Shown: positions 10,725 to 20,932, numbered from the stretch's first letter. The stretch: 64,000 nucleotides of DNA from Flavobacteriales bacterium (GCA_040376995.1 JBEIPP010000001.1:3780-67779); one strand, 5' to 3'. A program made the numbers and translations. Notes: generated by a model from the sequence alone, not told the origin.

Positions 10725-13586
10725 TTACTTTTGTAATACAATTTTTCTCACTGTTTTTTCGCCACCCATATTTTTCACCTCTATAAAATAAAATCCCGAC
10801 TTAAGATAAGATAAGTCAAGAATGATCTTATTATCTACTATAGAGGCAGGCGCTTCAATTTTTTTGCTAGTAATATCCATTAATGAATAAGATTCTGTAG
10901 AGATAGTTGTATTATTTTTAAAATCTATTGTTAGCAAACTATTTGTAGGATTTGGATAAATACTAATATTATCGAAAGTATTTAAATCTTCATTGGTGAC
11001 AGAACAAATTGGCGAATATTCATATGTTCCATCTATGTCAACAATTTTTAAACGATAATATGAAATGTTTTTTAAGACATGTTCATCTATGAAGCTATAG
11101 TTTTTAATTGAAAGACTATTGCCAGCTGCTATTACTTTACCAATAGTTTGGTAATTTATAGCATCAGTTGATCGTTCTATAGAAAAGTAGTGGCTGTTTA
11201 ATTCAGTTGCTGTTTTCCAATTTAGCTGTATTGTATTTGAATTAATTAAATTACAATTAAAATCAATTAACTCAATTGGAAGAGGACTTGCAGCGGGATC
11301 TATAGTGCCAATCGTATAAAAATAATTGGTTGTAATGTTTGATCCATCAACGTTAAACAAAACTCTATCTCCAGCTGTACTTACTGTTGTGCTTGGAACT
11401 ATGCTGAAAGTACCAGCTGCCGAGCTTCTGTATAATAATACATAATTTGAAGCTACACCAGGTCCAGCCCCAGCCCCATAGTCACTATAATCAAAAAAGA
11501 TAGTCATTAGTCCATTATTGGAGCCAATATCTGTTTTATTTACGTACCAATCATTTGTCCAACGAAGAAGCACAGTAGCCGGTAGATTAGAAGTAGTAGT
11601 ATATGGAGTGGCGAAACAATTCATTCCGTAAGTAAGATAGTCACCATTGTCTTTTAAAAATGCGGTTGCGGCAGTAGTTACCGAAACACCCATCCCACTA
11701 GTGCCCCTCGTTCCAGCAACACTATCCGTTGCACTTTCTCTTCCTACACCATTTACATAATAAATGTAACTGGTTGATGATGGTGGAGTATATTTATTAT
11801 TTGAAGTTGTTATAACATAAAACGCACTTTGATTGGTTTCAATTAGCGTTCTCCGTGTAGTATTTAATGCTGAATAATACATACTGAATTCTGACATTTT
11901 GCCTGTGATAGCTTCCCCGGCCTCAAACGATGAATTAATACTTTGTAACAACCTAACTGAATTGATATTGAAGTTATTTGCGTCTGGTTGAGTAGCAGAA
12001 CCTGTTCCATTATTGAATAATTGACGAACGGTTCCGTTAAAACTGCCAGATAATATCATAGGCGACCCAACAGTAAATACGGTATTAGGCGCTGCACCAC
12101 TTCTTTCGAAAACAAATTGATTGCTGCTTCTTTGATTAATATTTGCAAAATTTGTACTACTCCAATCTGCACTAGTTAAAGCGGCATTTCCAACCGACCA
12201 AACCCTCAAATTAGCTGAAGAGCTGATATCCGGTCGAAAAACAGAATTAATAGTTAAATTGCTGCCAGTATAAGCAGTTGTAAATGTTGCGGTTAAATTA
12301 GTTTGCAAAGCATTCGTTCCTTGCATGGCAGGCCATGTAGACGAACCATTTAAGCGCACAATATTTCCTGCATTTACAATCTGTGGCTGCCGGGTGGTGG
12401 CACCGGTTTGGGATAAATTGATTCCATTTCCAGTTTGATCATACCAAATAGACACATAAGCACTGGGAGGGGTTAAAGGTAGTGTAGGCGTAACAGAGGG
12501 TCCGCTAATTCCGTAATAAGCCGATTGTCCATATTCTATGTATTGCCTCTCTGTGGCAGATAATGCCGAGCTAAAATAAATCAATTCCTGAATGTCTCCA
12601 TTATGGCCTTGGGTATTAGCAGCAGGTATGGTGCCAATAGCAAATTCTCCCGCAATAATATTCATGGCAGCCGGTGTGCCAATATTGGTCATTGCTTGTG
12701 AAGCACCATTAATCCATTGCGTTAAAGCCGGTAAAGATGTTCCCGGCAAAATCTGAGAGGATATATACCATGTGTTTGTATTTAATAAAGATGAACCTAC
12801 AGTGACTGCACCCAGGTTTTCTACACCATACCTACCTTGGCTGGCACTGTTAAAGGCAAACCAGGCCCCGTATCTTCTTCCTCCACCGCTGTTATTACCC
12901 CAACCGAATAATTCGGCACCGGGGTTAGCAAGCCCTCGTGCTCTCCAAACACATGAGGTACTTAGCGGTTGAGTTGTAAGAAAGAATGCATTTTTGAGGT
13001 ATGTCTCATTAAAGAAAATAGATGGTCTGTTAGATGAGTTTTTTTCTATTAAGCCTGCATTAATAATTCTTGGTTGTAAACCAGCTGTAGCTTGTGTGGC
13101 ATGTCGGTTATTTCCGCTCTGGTCGTACCATGTTGCTACAAATGCGCTTGGTGCTGAGGCAGGAAGTGTAGCGGAAAGTATAGGACCATTTACACTGTAA
13201 TATTGAGATTGCCCCCATTCTAGATATTGGCGGTCAGTATTGGATAAGGCAGAACTAAAAGCTATTGCCTCAGAAATATTACCATCCATAGCACCAACTC
13301 CAGCGGCGCCAGGAGTAGATCCCACTTGAATTTGACCTAATCCGAAAATAGCTGGTGAATTATTTGCACCTAAAAGTGTCGTAGCGAAAACAGAACCATT
13401 AAAATAACCAAATACGCCTGGTGAAATATTACCTGATGTATAAGTCCAAGACATAATATTTAAAACACCTGGTGGAAGGCTGTTACCGCTCAAACCTAAA
13501 CTTTGAAATTCGATACAATTATTACCGCTAATTCTACATAAGTTTACACGCGAACCAATGCCACTATTGTCGCCCCATCCAAACAA
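10725..13586 (-). CDS. C-terminal segment of a frameshifted ~1250-aa T9SS-secreted LamG/ConA-like repeat protein
   Basis: Repeated WYDQSGN + LFGWGNNSG modules. Type A T9SS sorting domain at the C-terminus (ISIYPNPTNSLLTIDF...GFYFIEVKN...VRKIVLQK). The ORF-caller start (TTG 13586) falls inside a conserved LFGWG motif, so this is not a real N-terminus. Confidence 0.8.
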   Translation of the reverse strand: MFGWGDNSGIGSRVNLCRISGNNCIEFQSLGLSGNSLPPGVLNIMSWTYTSGNISPGVFGYFNGSVFATTLLGANNSPAIFGLGQIQVGSTPGAAGVGAMDGNISEAIAFSSALSNTDRQYLEWGQSQYYSVNGPILSATLPASAPSAFVATWYDQSGNNRHATQATAGLQPRIINAGLIEKNSSNRPSIFFNETYLKNAFFLTTQPLSTSCVWRARGLANPGAELFGWGNNSGGGRRYGAWFAFNSASQGRYGVENLGAVTVGSSLLNTNTWYISSQILPGTSLPALTQWINGASQAMTNIGTPAAMNIIAGEFAIGTIPAANTQGHNGDIQELIYFSSALSATERQYIEYGQSAYYGISGPSVTPTLPLTPPSAYVSIWYDQTGNGINLSQTGATTRQPQIVNAGNIVRLNGSSTWPAMQGTNALQTNLTATFTTAYTGSNLTINSVFRPDISSSANLRVWSVGNAALTSADWSSTNFANINQRSSNQFVFERSGAAPNTVFTVGSPMILSGSFNGTVRQLFNNGTGSATQPDANNFNINSVRLLQSINSSFEAGEAITGKMSEFSMYYSALNTTRRTLIETNQSAFYVITTSNNKYTPPSSTSYIYYVNGVGRESATDSVAGTRGTSGMGVSVTTAATAFLKDNGDYLTYGMNCFATPYTTTSNLPATVLLRWTNDWYVNKTDIGSNNGLMTIFFDYSDYGAGAGPGVASNYVLLYRSSAAGTFSIVPSTTVSTAGDRVLFNVDGSNITTNYFYTIGTIDPAASPLPIELIDFNCNLINSNTIQLNWKTATELNSHYFSIERSTDAINYQTIGKVIAAGNSLSIKNYSFIDEHVLKNISYYRLKIVDIDGTYEYSPICSVTNEDLNTFDNISIYPNPTNSLLTIDFKNNTTISTESYSLMDITSKKIEAPASIVDNKIILDLSYLKSGFYFIEVKNMGGEKTVRKIVLQK

Positions 13587-14452
13587 ACCAACATTATGTT
13601 ATTTACACTGCCTACAAGTATGGCACTGAATGGATTACTTAATGTTGTTACAGTGCCTGAAAATACTAAGGAGCTGAAATTACCGCCAACATTAAACTTA
13701 AGCGTTGGTCTTCCGTTTTGCCTCAATATAGTTCCAGCCAAAATAATTTGTGGCTGATTTGTGGAAACAGACTGGCTTATATTTCTATTATTTCCGCTTT
13801 GGTCATACCAAATGCTTACGAAGCCACTGTTGGCACCAACAAATGTTTTTAATGCTACCGTGTCCAAGTCGCCATTGGCAGTAAAACCAATATTACTCGT
13901 GGCATTATCACTACTTCTCCTCACTTGAATGGCAAAACCAGCATAAGCGCATCTTAATTTGCGTAAACTAAAGGCTGCCGCAGAAGCTACACTAATAGCA
14001 CTTAAAGGGTTAGAAGCCATTACAAATGTTTTAAGAGTTATAGTGTCTAAATCCCCATTTGAATTAAACCCAATATCTCTTGTAGCATTATCGCATGAAC
14101 GACGAACGTTGATAGCGTTTCCAGAATAGGCACATCTCAATTTTCTTAAACTGTAAGCACCCTCTGCAGTAGGACTTATGGCGCTCAATGGATTGCCTGA
14201 AAAAACAAAATTCTTAAGAGCAACTGTATCGAGTGTTCCGCAGGAAGTAAAACCAATGTTGGTAGTGGCATTGTCGCAATCTCTGCGTACTTGAATAGCG
14301 TTGCCTGTGTAAGTTGAAACTGTCTTTCTTAAACTATAGGATGCGGCAGCATTATAACTTACCTGAGCTATTGATGTATTTAAGAATAGCAAAGAAAATA
14401 AGGCAGTAATAAATACATTTAAAGAAAGTCTTAATTGCAAATTTATCATCAA
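13544..14452 (-). CDS. N-terminal segment of the same frameshifted T9SS protein
   Basis: Signal peptide (LSLNVFITALFSLLFLNTSIAQ) and three tandem ~62-aa repeats (A-[YF]-SLRKL..Y.G.AI.VRR..DNAT..IGF...G.LDT..LK.FV). These are followed by VSIWYDQSGNNRNISQ. The frame terminates 43 nt after overlapping the downstream ORF. Confidence 0.8.
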   Translation of the reverse strand: MMINLQLRLSLNVFITALFSLLFLNTSIAQVSYNAAASYSLRKTVSTYTGNAIQVRRDCDNATTNIGFTSCGTLDTVALKNFVFSGNPLSAISPTAEGAYSLRKLRCAYSGNAINVRRSCDNATRDIGFNSNGDLDTITLKTFVMASNPLSAISVASAAAFSLRKLRCAYAGFAIQVRRSSDNATSNIGFTANGDLDTVALKTFVGANSGFVSIWYDQSGNNRNISQSVSTNQPQIILAGTILRQNGRPTLKFNVGGNFSSLVFSGTVTTLSNPFSAILVGSVNNIMLVCLDGATIVALVRV

Positions 14453-14538
14453 TATACATAAACGTTATTATTTTACTAATATACACAAAATACAAATATC
14501 TTAATGCTGCAAGGTTATGTTATTTTTAAATTAGTATT

Positions 14539-16530
14539 TTATCTAGGATATTCAATCCTTACATGATAAATATTCATCAATCGTTTTTTAAAGATTTTTT
14601 TTATTTGGTTGATATCTCTGAATGTAATATCGGCATTAATAAATTGATTTTCGTTTATTTGATGATTGATAATTTTATCTACTAACTCATCAATTGTAAT
14701 GGCATCGTATTTTTTTAAACTCCGTGATGAGGCTTCTACACCATCAGCCATCATTAAAATAGCAGTTTCTTTACTAAAAGGAATTGGACCAGGGTATCTA
14801 AATAAATCCTCATTAATAATTTCACCTTCGTGATTCTTTTTGTAGTTATGTAAAAAGTATCTAGTGGTGGTTGTTCCGTGATGGGTGCGAATAAAATCAA
14901 TGACAGCCTCTGGTAATTTGTTTTCTTTGGCTATTTCAATACCTTTAATCACATGATTGATAATAATTTGGGCGCTTTCTTCAGATGATAAATCTTCATG
15001 GGGACTTATTTCTCCCACTTGATTTTCTGTAAAATAACGCGGATTGCTCATTTTTCCGATATCGTGATACATAGCGCCCGTTCTCACTAATAACGCATTT
15101 CCACCAATCTTATAACAGGCTTCTTCTGCTAAATTAGCTACTTGAAGCGAATGTTGAAAGGTGCCAGGTATTTTTTGAGAAAGCTGTCGAAGTAATGAGG
15201 AATTTAAATCACATAATTCTAATAATGTAAAGTCAGATATAAATCCAAACAGTTTTTCAAAAATGAAAATTAATGGGAAAGAAAAAAGAACACATATACT
15301 ACTTATTAAAAATGGGATGTAATTTTCTAAATTACTAATGGCCTGTGTAGTACTATTAACCATGTGATAGGCAATAAATGAAAACACATAAAACACAAAC
15401 GTGAGTAATGCCGATATAAATAATTTTGAGCGTTTGCCCATATCTGCTACACTAAAAATGGTTCCAATACCAGAAATAAGCTGTATAAATACAAATTCAA
15501 ATTTGTCGGGAGTAAAGAATGCGCATAGTAAAATGATATTTAAGAAATTAAATAAAGAGGTTCTGCTATCAAAAAATACACGTATCAAAATGGGAACTAA
15601 ACAAAATGGAACGGCATACACATAATTGATATTGTATTTAGCTACTATGCTAGTAATGATAACTATCAATATGATGATTAAAAAAATGAAAGTAACTTGT
15701 GAGTTTTGACTGAAAATTGATTTTCTGAAGAATGCCAAAAACAACATCATGATACTTAGTATTAAAACGCAAATAAGCAATTGGCCAATTACAACAGACA
15801 TGATAGGGGTTTGCATTTGTTGTTCATGTAACTCTTGATTATAGCTATCTAAAATGTTTTTTTGTTCAGAAGAAACAACATCATTTTTTCTCAGTATAAT
15901 CTCGCCTTTTTCTACTTTAGATTTATAAATGTAACTAGGCTCGTTTATCTCACTAGCCATTTCGTTTGAAAGCATTTCATCAAATGTTATATTGGGCTTT
16001 ATTTCATTAACTAATTTAGTTAAGGATTTTGGGTCTTGAATTGTTTTGGATAATATGTTCTCAACATCTTGTTTATTTAATAATCGATTTTTGTGTGTAA
16101 GACTTACTTCGTTGTTTTCTACAATATATATCGCTGTATCTTGATAAGATGAAGGGATTTCAGAATAACAAACGCCTGTTTTATAAATACTATCTATGTT
16201 AGAGTGTAACTCTAATTTTTTATTGGAAGATAATTTATTGATATCATCTAAAAAATTATAGTCAATCTCACTTGTTTTTTTAAAGTAAGCAATTTGTTTT
16301 TTAGAATCTTTTTTTTCTTTAATTAATTCGTCCTCTGTTTTTTTTATTAAAAATTCAAATGGAGAAATCAAATCATCATTTAACCAAACATCACCCGTAT
16401 TAATGTAACTAGCGTCAAGATGTTTTTGTTTTGGGAGCACATATGTGCAAATAATAAGACATAATACAAACACTATTCCTTTATACCAAAGGGCATGTTT
16501 ATCTCGTATTTTCGTAAAAAGATTATTCAC
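14539..16530 (-). CDS. 7TM-receptor with intracellular HD/HDIG hydrolase domain (PgpH/YqfF family)
   Basis: N-terminal extracellular domain, seven TM helices in the centre, C-terminal HD domain (HSLQVANLAE..., MYHDIGK, RTHHG). Confidence 0.85.
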   Translation of the reverse strand: MNNLFTKIRDKHALWYKGIVFVLCLIICTYVLPKQKHLDASYINTGDVWLNDDLISPFEFLIKKTEDELIKEKKDSKKQIAYFKKTSEIDYNFLDDINKLSSNKKLELHSNIDSIYKTGVCYSEIPSSYQDTAIYIVENNEVSLTHKNRLLNKQDVENILSKTIQDPKSLTKLVNEIKPNITFDEMLSNEMASEINEPSYIYKSKVEKGEIILRKNDVVSSEQKNILDSYNQELHEQQMQTPIMSVVIGQLLICVLILSIMMLFLAFFRKSIFSQNSQVTFIFLIIILIVIITSIVAKYNINYVYAVPFCLVPILIRVFFDSRTSLFNFLNIILLCAFFTPDKFEFVFIQLISGIGTIFSVADMGKRSKLFISALLTFVFYVFSFIAYHMVNSTTQAISNLENYIPFLISSICVLFSFPLIFIFEKLFGFISDFTLLELCDLNSSLLRQLSQKIPGTFQHSLQVANLAEEACYKIGGNALLVRTGAMYHDIGKMSNPRYFTENQVGEISPHEDLSSEESAQIIINHVIKGIEIAKENKLPEAVIDFIRTHHGTTTTRYFLHNYKKNHEGEIINEDLFRYPGPIPFSKETAILMMADGVEASSRSLKKYDAITIDELVDKIINHQINENQFINADITFRDINQIKKIFKKRLMNIYHVRIEYPR

Positions 16531-16613
16531 AAAACAAAAGAAAGTAATTTTTGGCGATTAAATGAAATATGTCAAGAAGTATTATGAACAATGACTTATT
16601 AATTGAATAAGAC

Positions 16614-19346
16614 TTAACGTACCAATGTTACATGACCAACATGTGATTCATTTACTTTAGAAACTATATTTTTAAATTCACATTTCCACACATAAATATC
16701 ATCCGTACATGGTTGGTTTTTATAAGTTCCATTCCATCCATACTCTGTGTCATTAGTTTTATAAATCATCTGTCCCCATCTATTAAAAATCATAAACGTA
16801 TAATTTTCTACACCAATAACAATAGGTTTAAAAATATCATTTAAATCATCTTTGTTACCAGGTGTAAATGCATTAGGAATCCAAAATCTAAATTCAGGTA
16901 ATACTCTTACTAATACGGTTACATTATTACTGCAGGCATAATTATTTGTAATGGTTTGCGTAACATAATAATCACCCCAGGTTGCATATGTGTGTGTTGG
17001 ATTAATTTCATTTGAACTAGTTCCATCATCAAAATTATAATACCAACTTACTATATTAGCAGGATTGGCAATATTGAAAAATAAAATATCAGGATCAAAA
17101 ATGGTGGTTAATGTAGGAGTAGCAATAAACCCTCCAATAGGAGAAGGATTAACAGTGATGCTCGAAACTGAAATAATTTGATTAGTATCTACACAGTTGC
17201 TATTTGAAATAACAGTTAAAGTATAATTATAAACACCTACAGGACTAAAAACATGCGTTGGATTTGCCTCGGTAAACGATGTGCCATCGCTAAAATTCCA
17301 TAAGTAGGATAGAGCTGAAGATCCAGTACTTGTATTATTAAATTTTACTTCCATGGGGTCGCAACCAGTTGAAATTATAGGATCAATAGAGGCTACCGTG
17401 TTTTTATATAATTCAATAATTTGAGTTGTTGTATCTGAACAACCATTTTTTTCTGCAATTAAAATAACAGGATAAGTGCCAATACTACTATAGCTAATAT
17501 TTGATATTGCTTGAGTGCTGGCAGTTTGTGTGGACGCACTTGCTCCAAAATCCCATGTTAAATTTCCTAAAGGCCCTTTAAAGTTAGTAGTGCTATTAAA
17601 TGAAAAATTATTTCCATTAAAGCAAAGTCCTGTGGCAGAAGTATATGTAAAACTCGCTATTGGCGTTGAATTTACTGTAATGCTATTAATAGTTGTTATT
17701 TGGCTTGTATCAATACAATTTTGGCTTGTTATGACATTTAACGAAAAACTATAAATGCCAGCAGGAGAAAATACATGAGTTGGATTTTGAAGTGTTGAGG
17801 TTGTTCCATCGCTAAAACTCCATAAATAAGTCATTGGTGTTCCAGCAGTGCTTGTATTTGTAAATGTGATAACTAGAGGATCACATCCTAATGCGGGAAA
17901 CGAACCAATAGAAGCTTTTGGATTTTGAAATACTTCTATTGTTTTTGTTGACGTAGCAGTACATCCATTTTCTGCAATCGTAAATGCAACAGGGTACACA
18001 CCTGGAGCATTAAAACTAACATTTGTTACTGATAGTGTATTTGCAGTTTGTGGAGTGGCATTTGCTCCAAAGTTCCAACTAAAATTTCCATTTCCTTGAA
18101 ATAAACCCGAGCCATTAAAATTAAAACTATTACCATTAAAACATTGGGCATTTGGGGTAATGTAACTTGGAGATAATAGCGGGTGTACATGAAAGACTTC
18201 TGTTGTAGTATCTCCACATGGCGTATTTGGATTTACATATAAGGTAACTGTATAGTCGCCAGGGGCAGAAAAAGTATAAGTTGGATTATATAAATTTGAA
18301 GTATCAGCTAAGGTACTTGGGTCGCCAAAGTCCCATTGATAGGTTGAGCCATTAAAACTATTATTGGAATATGTAATAGTAAATCCATTACAATATCCAG
18401 TACCTGCCCCATTGTTAGTGGTTGTTTGAGAGATAATATCAGCAGCAACTACAAATGGACAATTGATCACATTAAATTGAAAATCCCGATGATGAACTCC
18501 AATTAATTGCCCGTTTCTATATTCGCTAACACAAACACCAACTACCCATTGACCTATAATATTTGGCACACCATTTAAAAAACCAGTTACAGAATTTATA
18601 TTAATTGCAGGATTAGATGCCAGTGGATACGCTGAATTATAAGGCGCTATAAATGGTACTGCAGGATATGGAGGAGCTTCATTAATACTTGGGCAACCAT
18701 TTGTACTATTAGGAACAACTAAAGGGCAGTCGGTGGATAATCCATCAAATGGTGAGCATAAGGAGTAAACTAATGAATCCCCGTCTGGATCGGTTGCTAC
18801 ATGGTTAAAACCTATAGGAATGCCATTACAAATATAAATAGGAGGTCGGTTAGAAAACCTTGGACTACTGTTTGCCGCAACTACTTCGGGTCCTGGAATA
18901 TGTTCCCAATAGGTAGCGCCTACGGCACCAGGGTTTACTAAGTTCAATATTGTACCATTTCTACAACAACGCTGATAAACCACATAATAGCCTCCTGCTT
19001 TTGGCGGCAAATTAACCGTTGTTTCATAAATGGCTTCTTCGACACAGGCGTTACTTGCTGCTGTTGGGGCGCATGGACTATTACTTGTGGGGGGAACTTT
19101 GATTTTGCTGATAGGATTGAAAATACTAGTCAACACAACATTCCCTGATATATCAAAAACTGTAAATATTGCTGGATTAATTTTTCCATCTGGATCTGGA
19201 TACCCTTCAAATGGGGCATAAGGCGATCCGTTAAAGCAATCTCGATAAACTTTCATATGAAGTTTATAAATATTACTACCAAGGTAGTCGTAATAAATTT
19301 CACCTCCCACAATGTGAGTAGCTTCTGCCAATTTAAAACTTAGCAA
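16614..19346 (-). CDS. T9SS type B cargo: PKD-repeat surface protein with gliding-motility-associated C-terminal domain
   Basis: Several PKD-like repeats (W.FGD.S....NP.H.F...G.Y.V.L). C-terminal type B sorting domain (IPNAFTPGNKDDLNDIFKP...FNRWGQMIY...GWNGTY). The real N-terminus probably lies upstream, with the frame open to 19385 (see findings). Confidence 0.85.
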   Translation of the reverse strand: MLSFKLAEATHIVGGEIYYDYLGSNIYKLHMKVYRDCFNGSPYAPFEGYPDPDGKINPAIFTVFDISGNVVLTSIFNPISKIKVPPTSNSPCAPTAASNACVEEAIYETTVNLPPKAGGYYVVYQRCCRNGTILNLVNPGAVGATYWEHIPGPEVVAANSSPRFSNRPPIYICNGIPIGFNHVATDPDGDSLVYSLCSPFDGLSTDCPLVVPNSTNGCPSINEAPPYPAVPFIAPYNSAYPLASNPAININSVTGFLNGVPNIIGQWVVGVCVSEYRNGQLIGVHHRDFQFNVINCPFVVAADIISQTTTNNGAGTGYCNGFTITYSNNSFNGSTYQWDFGDPSTLADTSNLYNPTYTFSAPGDYTVTLYVNPNTPCGDTTTEVFHVHPLLSPSYITPNAQCFNGNSFNFNGSGLFQGNGNFSWNFGANATPQTANTLSVTNVSFNAPGVYPVAFTIAENGCTATSTKTIEVFQNPKASIGSFPALGCDPLVITFTNTSTAGTPMTYLWSFSDGTTSTLQNPTHVFSPAGIYSFSLNVITSQNCIDTSQITTINSITVNSTPIASFTYTSATGLCFNGNNFSFNSTTNFKGPLGNLTWDFGASASTQTASTQAISNISYSSIGTYPVILIAEKNGCSDTTTQIIELYKNTVASIDPIISTGCDPMEVKFNNTSTGSSALSYLWNFSDGTSFTEANPTHVFSPVGVYNYTLTVISNSNCVDTNQIISVSSITVNPSPIGGFIATPTLTTIFDPDILFFNIANPANIVSWYYNFDDGTSSNEINPTHTYATWGDYYVTQTITNNYACSNNVTVLVRVLPEFRFWIPNAFTPGNKDDLNDIFKPIVIGVENYTFMIFNRWGQMIYKTNDTEYGWNGTYKNQPCTDDIYVWKCEFKNIVSKVNESHVGHVTLVR

Positions 19347-19498
19347 AAAAAAGAATAATAAATATATTTTAATTGTTCTAATTTTTTACAGATAACACTT
19401 TCAAAAATACCTAAAAATCAATCGATTACCAATAAATTTAATCACTCAAATCGACCTTTTAAATAAAAAAAGTACATTAGTGCCAAAATTCTTCAACA

Positions 19499-20884
19499 AT
19501 GGAACGAAATCAAATTCAAACTTATCTCAATTCAAATAAAGAACGCTTTTTAAGCGAATTATTGGACCTATTAAAAATTCCTTCAATTAGTGCTCGCGCC
19601 GAACACACATCCGATATGGATAAAACTGCGGAAGCTATTAAACAACGTTTAATTGAAGCTGGCGCTGATAAAGTAGAAATATGCCAAACAAAAGGCTATC
19701 CAGTTGTTTATGGCGAAAAAATAATAGACCCAGCAAAACCAACCGTAGTGGTTTACGGTCATTATGATGTGCAACCTGCTGATCCACTTGATTTATGGGA
19801 TTCACCACCGTTTGAACCAGTAATTAAAAAAACTGAGATTCATCCTGAGGGGGCCATTTTTGCTCGTGGTGCATGCGATGATAAAGGCCAAATGTACATG
19901 CATGTGAAAGCTTTTGAAACGATGATGAAAACAAATACATTGCCTTGTAATGTAAAGTTTATGATTGAAGGGGAAGAAGAAGTTGGTTCGCCTAATTTAG
20001 GGCCATGGATTATTGAAAACAAAGAAAAATTAAAAGGAGATATTATTTTAATTTCCGACACGTCAATTATTGCTAACGATATTCCAAGTATTGATAGTGG
20101 GTTGAGAGGTTTAGCTTATATGGAGGTTGAAGTTACAGGCCCAAACAGAGATTTACATAGCGGTGTATATGGAGGAGCTGTTGCTAACCCAATTAATATT
20201 TTATGCAAGATGATTGCTTCTTGTCATGATGAAAATAATCATATTACGGTCTCAGGTTTTTATGATAAAGTTCAAGAGTTAAGTGCTGGAGAAAGAGCAG
20301 AAATGGCAAAAGCACCTTTTAATTTAGAAGAGTATAAAAAAGATTTAAATATTGATGAAGAACGAGGAGAAAAAGGCTACTCTTCTAATGAAAGAACTGG
20401 TATTCGACCAACCCTAGACGTGAATGGAATTTGGGGAGGCTATACAGGCGAAGGAGCAAAAACAGTATTGCCTTCAAAAGCATTTGCAAAAATTTCGATG
20501 CGCTTAGTTCCTAATCAATCTTCAAAAGAAATTAGTGATTTGTTTATTAAACATTTTGAAAGCATTGCGCCTAAATCAGTAAAAGTAAAAGTAACGGCGC
20601 ATCATGGCGGCGAGCCGGTAGTAGTTCCAATTACATCAAAAGGATTTTTAGCAGCAAGTAAAGCCATGGAAGAAACCTATGGAAAAAAACCAGTGCCAAC
20701 GCGCAGTGGAGGAAGTATTCCTATTGTTGCTTTATTTAAAAAAGAATTAGGGATGGATAGTATTTTATTTGGTTTTGGATTAGATAGTGATGGTTTACAT
20801 TCGCCAAACGAACATTACGGTTTATTTAATTACTATAAAGGAATTGAAACCATTCCATTGTTTTATAAATATTTCACTTCGTAA
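19499..20884 (+). CDS. M20 family dipeptidase (ArgE/DapE/ACY1 superfamily)
   Basis: YGHYDVQPAD, GACDDKGQ and IEGEEEVGS metal-binding motifs. 461 aa with a dimerisation insert. Confidence 0.85.
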   Translation: MERNQIQTYLNSNKERFLSELLDLLKIPSISARAEHTSDMDKTAEAIKQRLIEAGADKVEICQTKGYPVVYGEKIIDPAKPTVVVYGHYDVQPADPLDLWDSPPFEPVIKKTEIHPEGAIFARGACDDKGQMYMHVKAFETMMKTNTLPCNVKFMIEGEEEVGSPNLGPWIIENKEKLKGDIILISDTSIIANDIPSIDSGLRGLAYMEVEVTGPNRDLHSGVYGGAVANPINILCKMIASCHDENNHITVSGFYDKVQELSAGERAEMAKAPFNLEEYKKDLNIDEERGEKGYSSNERTGIRPTLDVNGIWGGYTGEGAKTVLPSKAFAKISMRLVPNQSSKEISDLFIKHFESIAPKSVKVKVTAHHGGEPVVVPITSKGFLAASKAMEETYGKKPVPTRSGGSIPIVALFKKELGMDSILFGFGLDSDGLHSPNEHYGLFNYYKGIETIPLFYKYFTS

Positions 20885-20892
20885 AATATATT

Positions 20893-20925
20893 AACTCTAC
20901 TAGAGTTCCAAACTCTGGTAGAGTT
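20893..20925 (+). terminator. 15-bp hairpin after the dipeptidase gene
   Basis: AACTCTACTAGAGTT - CCA - AACTCTGGTAGAGTT with one G-U pair. Only a weak T tract (TTT) follows, and the hairpin ends 7 nt before the next ATG. Confidence 0.4.
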
Positions 20926-20932
20926 TAAAACA

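Noticed and set aside
12772-13200. Two 66-68-aa ORFs antisense to the large T9SS gene.
   Set aside because: They are explained by the locally higher G+C and the repeat-rich Gly/Ala/Pro codons of the sense gene. There are no motifs.
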